Source: Styela clava (lineage: Eukaryota). From it: DNA of 64,000 nucleotides. Shown here in pieces: positions 15,801-27,800 of this stretch (positions are counted from its first letter, which is position 1; each line of letters begins with the position of its first letter). The position numbers and the translations under genes were made by a program. The stretch is from the NCBI RefSeq assembly GCF_964204865.1, contig NC_135257.1, forward strand, positions 10,292,001-10,356,000, written 5' to 3'. Under the pieces are notes generated by a model. That model worked only from the letters and a program-made list of their open reading frames with translations. It had not been told where the DNA came from and did no database searches.

Positions 15801-18800
15801 GTCAAGTGGTCGCAATGGTACTGGATCTGGATCATTAAGTGTACCTACTGCTATCACGAGATGGACACAAACTTGCGAAGTTCTGGAGCCAGACAGTACG
15901 CAATACTGCTTGCTAGGTAAGCTTATTGTTCTGGTTCTTTTTAATCACACCTCTGATTACCCTGCATGGGTTTGCAGGTTTGAATCCTGTGGGAGATAAT
16001 TATGTGTGAGATAGTTGCTGTGCTCTTTGCAATCGGGGTGGTTGACATAAACGCTGTCAGGTTACGTCTTCCTCCATCATCTAACTGGTTTACCATTTTT
16101 GCCAAGGACTTGCAACCCGGCGATAAGCCCTATAATTGAGTTTTCTTGTCTTCTTGTCTTCTTGTCATCTTTCCTTTCCCCTGGTGTAAATATGAAAATC
16201 CCTCGGTGATTGTTAGACAACACCTTATTTTTAACGATGTATCTGTAAACATAGGTTTACGACAAGAGATCATTGATCATCTTGAAGAACGAAGAAATTC
16301 TGATATCGAGGAACGACGTGCAAAGAGAGCGCAAGATAAAGAGAAAGAAGAAAAAGAAAAGGCTGCAAAAGAAGAGTTGAAGGAAAAAGATGGAAAAGAT
16401 AAAGAAACAGAAAATGCAGAAAATATTGACACACCGGCTTCTACTCCTGACGAAGAACGAGAGGTTTGTATTGTTAGGCATTGTAGGGAATGCCAAAATG
16501 TTATATTCAAACCACACAAGATTGCCGAGCCTTACCAATCTGTATTAGAAGAGAGGCAGTTTGCTAGGCGCTCCAGAAATATGTGTTCCAATATGGAGGT
16601 TACTATTTGTTTTCGCCTACTCTACATCAAGTTGTGTAAGGGGACTGAAACCTATGAAACCTGAAATAAGGAAAATCGGAATAAAATTATGGCCCAAGCC
16701 TAACTTGGTACACACACTACGGGTCTGCTGTATCCCATGTAGCGAGTGCAGCTAAGAATACATAGAACAAACTAGACATAGCTCTGCATTGTTTCAGCTT
16801 CTATTTTGAATACGTTCAAATTGATTCAAAATTTGATCTCATATCAATGGCGGTCAAGTTCCTCAATCAGTGAGATTACCTTTGGTTTTAATTTTTTTTT
16901 ATGTTGAATTTTCAGACGCAAATGGACTCTGGAGATGCCGGCATATCAACACCAACTAATACACCTATTGCTACTCGACCTGAATCTCCTGTCAATCAGC
17001 AACAAGGTTTGTCAAAAACAGTTGCTATGCATAATATGTACAGAATGAGGGTAGTTTTTACTTTTACAATTTTTACCTATATGAAGTCTGCTGTGTGAGG
17101 TAGTAGGTTATGCAGTTGTGCTTTGACGTATTATATTTCCGAGCAAGGAAGATAACTGCATAATCTGAAATCTCTCTAGCGTACTTTACTTTCATCACGC
17201 CGTTGGGTTATGCCCATATTCAATTTACTTTTGTTAGAGGCCGAGTTATAAAAACTTTCAAATTCAATTTAGTATATGCATTTGGACTACTGGGGATATT
17301 TTAGATCTTCAATATAAGACTTTGATTTTGATGCATTATGTGAATAATATTTTTTGCATATTAATACTCTTAATCCACTAATACTGATAATGGTAATCTT
17401 ATCACTAATAGAGTAGATAAGTAACTAATTAGATAAGTTTATTTAAATAAACTATCAAATAAGTAGACTCATTGGACTTAAACCTATGATTTCCAACTTG
17501 CAATGCCAACATAGTTGAATTACTACGTTAATCTTAGATCACTGAATATATGCAATCCATGCTTGTTATGAGTATGTTGATTTAAATATTTTTGCTGTAT
17601 TGCCGGGTTGAGGTAGTAGGTTATGTAGTGATTGAGCTATAATACAAGGGAGATACTGCCTAACCTTTCACCTCCACCCTGTAATCAGCACTATCATCTT
17701 ATTAGAGGTTGCAAAGAGAAATACTTAGTTAGTAAATAAACATAGTATCAGTTTCGATCGCTCTGTTAGGTGAAATTATATTTAACTTTGCCTGATCTGG
17801 TAATATATCTTTTATATAGAGATATTCGGCTTATGTATGTAAATATCTGCTTTACAAGTTACTTTTAATTTGTGATAGATAGTTGTTGGTGCATTGTGCT
17901 TAGAGCTAGGAACATGCTCATCATCACTGTGCTGTGATGAAATCCTGTGCGAGATCGTTGGTTTGAATCCTTTTCACTGCCGTAGGGTTGTTTACAGAAC
18001 TGGTCAGTTACTGCTTCTTCCACCATAAAGTTCATGCATTTGAAATAAATAACGAGTTAACTATTCCCATACCTGACATGGACTGGTAACCAGGCGAAAG
18101 TGTCTGGTTTACCTATATGCTGTCTTATTTCTAACTTATGGAAATCCTGTCCTAATAATGTATAACCAAATTATTAACTACACATAACCCATTTTAAAAT
18201 TATTCAAATCACATTTTAAATGTTATGCTACATCACCTATCTAACATTGATATTACCGGTAGGTTTCGATCTGGGCACTCAATGAGCTGAGGTAGTAGGT
18301 TATATCAGTTGTATTATACCACCAAAAGGAGTTAACTGTATATCCTACTAGCTTACTTATTTTGTCTACAATCAACAAATAAATGAAGCAAATATTTGGA
18401 CATTGTTGAAATGAGGTAGTGGTTTATGCAGTTGTGTGAATATACATTGCACAGGTGTTAACTGTATAGTCTACTTTCTCTTTCAATTATTGTCATTTTC
18501 ATCGCAAAAGTTGCAGTGTGCTCTAGAATAGATGTCCTCGTTTGCAGTTTCATTTTTTGAGTTTCCATAACGTTCATATTTATATCTTGAATAATACTTG
18601 ATAAAAATCAGCCCCTATCATTTCTAGTTATCAATTGTAGTTTTGAGTGTCAAAAGTTGTTTGCTTTCGATATACTGCCTAAAGCAAAAGATAAAACAGT
18701 AAATAAATTTTGGCAGCTCATGCTGACCATCGCCCATCTGTTGTGGTTGGCAAACTAGGTTAATTTAGAAAGAAACCCTTACGTCCCTACGTCCTTTATG

Positions 18801-21800
18801 AAATCGTTTGCCTTTGTTTCAGTGACATCGTCTGTAGAAGTAGATGCAATTGATGCATTGCAACAAGCAAGTTCGTCTCTCCAGTCTGTTTCACTCGAAT
18901 CAAATCATGATGACGAAGAACATGAAACGACCGAAGTTCAATTGCAAGATAGTGATGCAGGTGAAGCAATGCAACAAGATGATGAACAAATAGTTGAAAC
19001 TACACCTGAAGAGAATGCAAGTATGTATAGGATTTCTTGATTGATAAAGGTTAATTCACTGTTGTTGACATTGGTTAATAAATTCTTGTGAAGACTAAAT
19101 AAAAATGAACTTAGGAACCAAATTTTTATATTGGATGAAAAGTTTTTTCATAATACAAATATGCTGAATTGTGACTCCTATTTATATGGAGTTTTCGCTT
19201 CTGAGCACATAATTTAGGCCTTCATTTTGGTCTGCAGTAAATTTATTTCAAATATCTGAAATCATAACTAATTACAAATAAAGTCCTAAAAAATTTCAGA
19301 CTTCATTTTGGTCTGCAGTAAATTTTTTTAAATATCTGAAATCCAAACTAATTACAAATAAAATCTTAAAACACTACATACCACATTTCTGTGGGCTATA
19401 TGGCATTTGTTTCTTGTGTGCACTGACGTCATCAAAATTAAAAATTACACATCTTGTGACGGTTCTGCGCTCATGTTTGTAGCAATCTGGTGGTCAGGTG
19501 AAGAGGAGTCTGTGGTACCGGTAGTCTACTTATCCCGTACTACTTTGTTTTGGTCTTTGTGACCATGTATTTTAGTGTCGCTCTCTAGTTAATTATAATA
19601 ATTTTTTTTTCACTCAGACCAAGAAAATCAACCTACAATTGCAGATGATGAACCATCATCAAATGTTATAGTACAAGAACCATCAGAACAAGAAATAACT
19701 TCTGCAACTGATACTGAACAACAAGCTGCAGCTGGTTAGTTTTCACTCTTATGCTACAAATATTCTCATTTTAAGCTTCATTTCTTGACAACTAATGGAG
19801 TATAGGGAGTATAAACTAGTAAAATATGAACCCTTGCTAGAAATTATTTGCAACGAATTCACTATGGTGTTTTCTTCGCTTGTTGATCATTACTTACTGC
19901 TGTGTCACCTATTTAAGACACATATATAATGGGATATATATTAAGGAATTTCGTTTAACATCTCTATAAATCAATGCATTGGTCAATGATGTTTAGTAGC
20001 TGTATTTTGGTTAGGACGAATTCTAAATATAACCGACCATATCAAAAAATGTTAATTATCCATTTTTCATTTTACTGACTGCTTAAATTGTTATAAAACC
20101 ACATACTAATCTACACACATAATAACAAGGTTGTGAAGCAATATATTGTTATATTTCTTTATTTACATTAGCAGGGGCAGAAGCACAAGCATCTTCAGCG
20201 AACAACGCTGCCCAATTGAGCAGTGAATTCGAAGGAGTTGACCCATCTTTCCTTGCTGCTTTGCCTGATGATATTCGACAGGAAGTCATAAGGTAGATAG
20301 ATTACTTCTGTTACTGGTTTTAGTATATTCTTAGTTTCTGCAATGGAAGGTAGTTTCACAAGATTTCTGTCATTACCTTTCCGGACTTTTCTTTTAGACT
20401 CTATATTTAGACTGAAAATTTTAGAATCACATTTGCTGTTATAATGCATTTGATATCGATATAAAACTTTTTGTAAATTTGTTGTGAAAAAATTTTTCCG
20501 CTCATATTTTGTATCTTATTACCTGATGAATAAACACACATACAGTTTTAGTGTGAATTAAGCTAAAAAATTAGAAGAGTTCAAGTTATAAATTTGTTTC
20601 ATCTCATTTTTCCGTTCAGGGAGCAACTCAGTAGACAAAGTACAGGAAGAACAAGTACATCTGAGAACCAAGCGAGTGGTGTTAGTCCTGAATTTCTTGC
20701 TGCGTTACCTCCGTCTATACAACAAGAAGTATTGGCACAAGAACGAGCAGAACAAGTACGTACTATGCAATTTTCATTGTATATTTTTTTACCCTAACGT
20801 ATTCTATAAACCACTATGAAATAATTTTGTCCAATTTTGAAGAATACTCCCACATATTTCTGTTAAAAATCTCATGATTGTACTTGATGCATATAGATTT
20901 GCCGCTTCAGAAGTGTGTGTATCAATATGGAGGTAGCTATTTTGTTCTCCTACATTTTTTCAAGTTGTGTAAAAGAACTGAAACCTATGGGAAGGGGGTA
21001 TATTCATTTGGCTAACACAGACAGTCCCCAAACTCGTAATCGAACCAAAATAAGGAAAATCGGAATAAAATTATTGCCTAACCCTAACCTGGTACACACA
21101 CTACGGGAGTACTGATTTCCATATATAAAAGTATAGCAGAGCGACTTATTTTCAAAACTCAAAAACTTATATGTTCACCTTACATTTAATGGCACAAGTT
21201 GGTATGTTAATCCTTGATCTTTTTTTCTTCTAGGCTAGAGCTGCACAACAACAAAGCACAGCCAATGATCCAGTGGACCCAACTGTCTTCATACAAACAT
21301 TACCGAGCAGCCTACGACAATCCGTCTTAGCTGATATGGATGATTCACTTGTTGCCGTTCTGCCAGCTGATTTAGCTGCTGAAGCCCAGGAACTCAGAGC
21401 AACCATGGAAAGACGTCAACAAAGATATTTTCCAGATCCCAGATTGTTTTCAAGAGCACACAGTAATATACTTCAACGCACAAACATGCCATCTCGATTC
21501 CGTTATTCTGGAAGCGGGCCTGCGGCATGGGGAACCATGCCAGGTGGCAGAAACAAGAATCAAAACGGTTCACAGAGTGTGAAAATACAAGTTCGTCAAT
21601 TGCTCAATCACGATTCGCTAGCATGTCTGCTCTTACTGTTATTCGTTGAAGAACCTCGCTTGAATATGACAAGATTACACAGGGTGTTACGAAATCTCTG
21701 CTTTCACATACCGACCCGATATTGGCTAGTTAGTACTTTGATTGCGATTTTACAACACTCGCAAGAAAAGCAAGAGCAAGAGAAGGAAGAAGCTTCTACC

Positions 21801-24800
21801 ACTGAAGAATCAATGGATTACAAAACAACTCCAACCACATTGGTTAAACAAAAACCGAATTTGAAGCAACAGCACACGCCAGTTACGTTCGCCCCCGATC
21901 ATCGAAACACTTCTTGGTTGTCAATTAAGCTTGACGCAGCACTCGGCTCACGAGCCAGTATTTTTAAAGTTGTTAAACCCAATGTACCTTCTGACAGTGG
22001 TGGAGCAAGGAAAAAACGGAACGAAAAGAGGAGCCAATCAGGATGCAGTGTTTATATCCATCCTCAAGCTTCGCCTGTTATTTGCAGACAGACGATAGAC
22101 ACTCTTCTCATGATTGCGAAATTCTTTCCACAACATTTTGTTAATGCTTCTCTTCATCGTACTAAATCTGATAAGGTATCTGACAAACATCAGCCAATTG
22201 ATACTGATTTCTGGGATGTTTTACTGAAATTGGATTTTCTCTCTCCCAGTTCAGATTTGCCAAAGAAAAGTATGTATTTTATTTGTAGATTCTCGAAGTA
22301 ACCATTTTTGATCGCTTAAAGATTTTTTAAACAAATTTGTACTAGAAGTTTTTTTTGTGATCAAAGAATTCATTATATGAGAGGAAATATTAAAATAAGT
22401 CCATTTTGAGGCTTACAGTACTTAACCTACATAAAGGTACATCCATGTTGTACAATCGTTCCATATGCCTAAAGTATGCTTGGTTGCATGCAAGCCATGA
22501 TCGATATATTGAATTTTTGTTTGACATTTTACAAATTATATGTGTATATGTGCATTATATGCAAATCAACTATAGAACATGAAAAACGGCTCATTAGGAT
22601 GTTTGGCATTGAGTTGGTTTTTATACGGGCTAATGGATGTTTGATGTTTTTTAACCTCATATTAAACTCAATAATAATTATGGTCAGAAACTTTGTACTT
22701 TTTTTCCCATAGTCATTATGAATTTTCTCTTCTAACTTTAGGTGCCGCTGAAGATAAGCGTGTACAAGACTTGACCAGCAGTGACATCGAATTAACATGT
22801 ATGGGTGAACTTTTAAGAATGCTCGCTCATCCTGTTTTGAAACGAAGTCAACAGTTGACGGATCGATTATTGAGACTTTTAGCCCAAATATCTCTTCATC
22901 TCCCAACTCAATCCAAATCAAACATCGGAGATGCAGGTCCCGAAACAAATAAAAAAGATCCCGAGAAAGACAAAGAAGACTCTCAGAATGAGTGAGTACT
23001 TGGATGTTATCTATGCATAAAAATTACAATATTTTGCATGCATCAGAAATTACCACATCAGAAATATATATATGTAACATAGCAAAGTTTGAAAAGCCTG
23101 TTTTACATCTTCATATGTCCATTGGAAATAAATCAAAGAGATATTTAGTTTTGCATGTTATTCGGTATGACGCTCTTTTCCGCATCCATGTGAATTTCTA
23201 AAATCTGTACTACAAATAACTTGTCTTTAAATATTCCTCTTTAACTACTTAGTGACTATGTTATTTAGTATGCAGAGAATAGTATGGTTTTATTTTTTTT
23301 ATTTGACCCGAAATATAATTTCTGTGATCGATATATAAAATTTTTGTGCTCATGGTTTCATTTTTCTTTTTCAGAGAAGCTACCACACCTGAGGGTAAGT
23401 CCAGCACTGCAACAATGGGTGCCAGAGCATGCACAAGTTACACAAGTACTGTAGGTCAAGCTACGATGGATACAAAAACAGCAACTACAAGTATATATCA
23501 GTTATACTAAAGTGGCAGCACCTTATCAAGCTTTACCTATATTATTTGGTAGCCATTTCTAACAGGCCACAATTTTATGTACTATATTTTATGGGACTAC
23601 GAGGCGCACTGTCAATAGTTTGCTTGGATTGGGTTTTTTTCATATATAAGGTGCAACCGGCACTGGTACTGGTTGTGTAGGCAACTACCTGTGACTACTA
23701 TGTGACTGAATTTTGAGGAAAAAAGGTACTCCCGTCGTATGTGTACCAGGTTAGGGTTAGGCCATAATTTTATACTAATTTTCTTTATTTTTCTATTTGT
23801 ATTACGAGTTCGGAGACTGTCTGTGTTAGCCAAGCAATATACCCCCTTCCCATAGGTTTCAGTCCCTTTATACATCTCGGTGTGAAGTAGGCGAACAAAA
23901 TTAGTTACCTTCTTATTGGTACACATACATCTGGAGTGCCAAAAAAAACATTTTCAAAAAAATTACTCTCCAATTTTGTTATGCCTGAGGTGTTTTATAT
24001 CCGTTAATTGAGTGATTGTTATCCTTGAGGTTTAGAGATTGCTTGAAATTTATTTACTATTATTTGTTTTACAGGTTCAACTCAAAGTCACGGTTCGATA
24101 TCGTTTCCATCATTATCTCATGACAGCGTTGCTACAACACCACTCGAGAAAGAACTGGAACTTGCTGTTCAAATTTTAACAAGCCATGCATGTTCTGAAG
24201 ACGGACTCGAGGATGCCACAACATTGCTTTTCCATTTGTCAAAAACTCAGCCTGTTTTAAGGCCAATTATCATCAGATTGCTTCTGCACGGTGAGAAAAA
24301 TATATTGATAAATTGTCATCTCTCTACAATGGCTGGACATTTTCGAATACCTGATGATTTCAGAATAAAATATGTTTTTCTAGATAATTGATATTTGAAT
24401 TAATACGAAGATTTAATTGTATGTGACTTTTTTGTTGTAATGGGTTCTCCAGATACATAAATTTATTATTAAACATAGAATCCATCACTCAGTCAGATCG
24501 CGGATTTGTCATACACAATAAGAAACAAGTTTCATCAATAACTCAATAGAAAAAGAGTCGTATATCATAATTGTATTTCAAAAATATACCTAAAAAAATT
24601 GAATTGCCTTCAACCTTGGCGAAACAAAAAAACAAGATGCCGGCGAATTGGAAATTTTGTGTAAACCTATTCAAAAAATTTACTATTCGATTTGAATACT
24701 CAGCCCTATTCATTACAGTCTCTATTACACTGTATGTCAGCAGTTCCTCATATAATCAACCTCAGACTAGTTGGTCCACAAAAAAAAATTTGGTTTTTAG

Positions 24801-27800
24801 GTAATATTACGTCTCAATATAATGTTGTAAACTAGCGTCATGAAAGCTTGCAGCATTGAAATACATTGGCGACAACTAGCGCTTGGCCTCGCATTAATAA
24901 AGCGGCAAAAGATTTATCACAGCGACAAGAGCAAAAAACACTATGTATTTTTTTTTTGAATAAAGTTAAATCAGGATTTTAAGCTTGATGGGGAAAAATC
25001 TTTTCTTAATGATTTGGCAGTCTGGGTTGTGATTTGCAGGCCGTCTGTTCCACACCCCTGGTCTAAGGACTGTGCCCCAATGATTTCATCCATATACACA
25101 CTTCCACATATTCAGGTGCTCAAGAAATTGGTCAAAAACTATGTGAACAAGTGATAACATTGTCTGAAGAAATGAATCAGTATAATCAAGAACATACAAT
25201 CAATCAACAAACATCGAGTGCTCTTGGTACTTCTAGTAGCCTACAACCTCCCCAACAACCACAAGCTGCATCAGCCATACAATCTCAAACAGCTGGAGCT
25301 TCATCGTCAGCAGCATCTAGTAGCAGGTTGGTACTAAAATTAGTAACATTGGTGCTATTAATATATATTCGGTTTGCTCCATCTCCGTTGCAGCATTCCC
25401 TCTACAAAGAGAAAGTTACATTTTGACAAGACTCCACACAACTTGGTCGATGAAATTTAAAACAGGTTTTACTCAAGTTATGAAAATATACTGCGGATTG
25501 GCTGGTGGTTTAAGCATTGAACTTAACTATGTTGGCACCACTAGTTCAGAATCTCAGGTTCTGTCAGCATTCCCATCCCCTCACCCAGGGTATGTTAAAT
25601 AGAGTAGGTATTAGGAATTATTCTGATCTTTCCAACGACTCTTTAAAGGTCAGTGGCTGCTTTTATAAATTCTTATTCCGAATGTAAGATGTGAAAAACA
25701 GGAAAAATGAATTGGATTTTGTGTATCGTTAAGAACTTCATTTGGTGTAGACTTGACCGAAGTGACCAATTCTCGACGACTAAATTAGACTTTTACCGAG
25801 CACTTTAAACCAATGTCCTTGACCTTGTTGTTGATTTAACTCGATAAAGATGGATATTGTTAATGTAGTTTTATTCATTGGCTGTTATCAATTTATTCAT
25901 GAACATCAATTATAAAAATTACTCATTTTTATTGTATTATTTCAGGTACGATCCCACTCAGCTTTTTACTTTATCAGGAAAAGTAAAATTAAAAAGAACT
26001 GGCAAGGAATTGCAACTTCCCATCATGCAAGTACTAACAAGCAAAACGTCTAATCAGGTAACATATTGGCTATCTGATTATCTTTTGTTAATTTATGCTT
26101 TTTAACCCAATCGTTATTTACTAATTCGTAATTCCACCCTATAATTCTTTATATGGTTTCAGTAGCAGTTCATCTCATATTTTTATGCCCACAGACTGCC
26201 GTGGTATTTTAGAGTAGTACTGTTTTTATTCTAACGTAGAGAACACAACCGCGAGTAGCGTTGGACACAAATTAAAGTAAAAGTCAACTACTAATGAGCG
26301 CGTAATCACGGCGACTGTTTCAGAAGGGAATGGGATTTCCAATCTTTGAAACACCCCCTTTTGAAAATCCTGGCTGCGCGCCTGCCGGTACCCTTTATTA
26401 CGAGTGAGTGTGCGCATTTATTGCGAGTGAGTGTGTATGATTTTTCATTGAGTAAATTCCTTATATACAAATCAAGCCCTGAAGTATGCAAAATGCTAAG
26501 TGCATTTTTTGTATAGTGTAATACAATTACAATAAAACTAGATATATTGTGATATTATCTTCAAAATATTCTCCAATGTTTCGCAGGCTTTCTTTCTTCG
26601 AATACTCAAAGTAATTATACAATTACGAAAAAGTATGAAAGATGAGAAACAAGACGTTGATCAACGTTCAAGGATTTCTGGTCCACAAGGAAGAGGTTGG
26701 ACAAGAATGTCAGGTAATTTTTTTTTTAGAATTATTATATCACATCAACATTTTTTTCAAGATTTTGGAAAAATTTTCAAGGGGTGTCATTTAGTATATA
26801 CTTATATATATATATACTGTATATGTATGTATACAAGAATACCTCGGTAGTCGGACAATTCGATAGTTGACCAGAAAACCTTGAAATAAAAGTTGTTGTT
26901 CAGGTACACATTTTGTTAATATTTTGTGTATTTTAAAATGCGCAAGGACGATTTAAAATATTTTCCATTGTTTCGTTTGGCAAAAAAGTCAAACAAAACG
27001 GTGGACAAATAACAACCCGGAACGAATTATGTTTTACTACCGAGGTATCACTGTATATATATATCTATATAACTGCTCCACAACATCTATGACATTTATA
27101 TTTTTCTTTGTGTATGGCAATTTATTTTCAAATAGATCATTATGTTAACTTTTGGATACTGGAATTGAGAGACTACAATTTCTTTGTTCAAATTTATCAA
27201 CCTACCCGATTTCTTAAGTTATATATGATGGCGATTTCTACTAACTTACTGATCAAATTTCAAGCTCAATATTTCTATCCTGTAATTCCAACATATTTAT
27301 AGGTAGGCCAATGCACATAACTTATTGTCATATTGAATGGACAACATCGGATTCGGGAATCCGTATTATTTGCTTTTAAATATCATTGTTACCATTTCAG
27401 TTCTGTTTCTTTGAATCTATTGAAATCAAGCTGATTGTTTGTTGTATTATATTTTATCTGTGATTTTCAAGTCAATTTTCCTTCTTTTTTAGCTGCTACA
27501 TCAGCTATTCGTAATGCTTTTGTGCAAATATCTCAAGAGGAACAAGATGTCAGTAATCAAGCAATGTTAAATCAGGCTATTTCATCTGATAATGCAACAA
27601 ATTCTGGTGCAACAACATCAACATCTGGTGCTGCAGCTAGTTCAGAGAAAATTGAAAAAAAGACTGAAGATGAAGAAGGTTGGCAGCTTTTATTTTACTT
27701 GCTTCTGTTTTCTCAGTCATAGTTTATTTATTTAATATATTAATAAAAAGAATCGGGTTGCAAGTCATTTTTGGACAGGTTTGATCAAATTTCAAAGTTG

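Noticed and set aside
17046-17080. TGAGGGTAG just upstream of let-7 hairpin 1, as a possible fifth let-7
   Set aside because: The seed is broken by an extra G and there is no adequate complementary arm.
23748-23761. TTAGGG telomere-like repeats
   Set aside because: Only about 2 units, always inside the dispersed element; not a telomere or an interstitial telomeric array.
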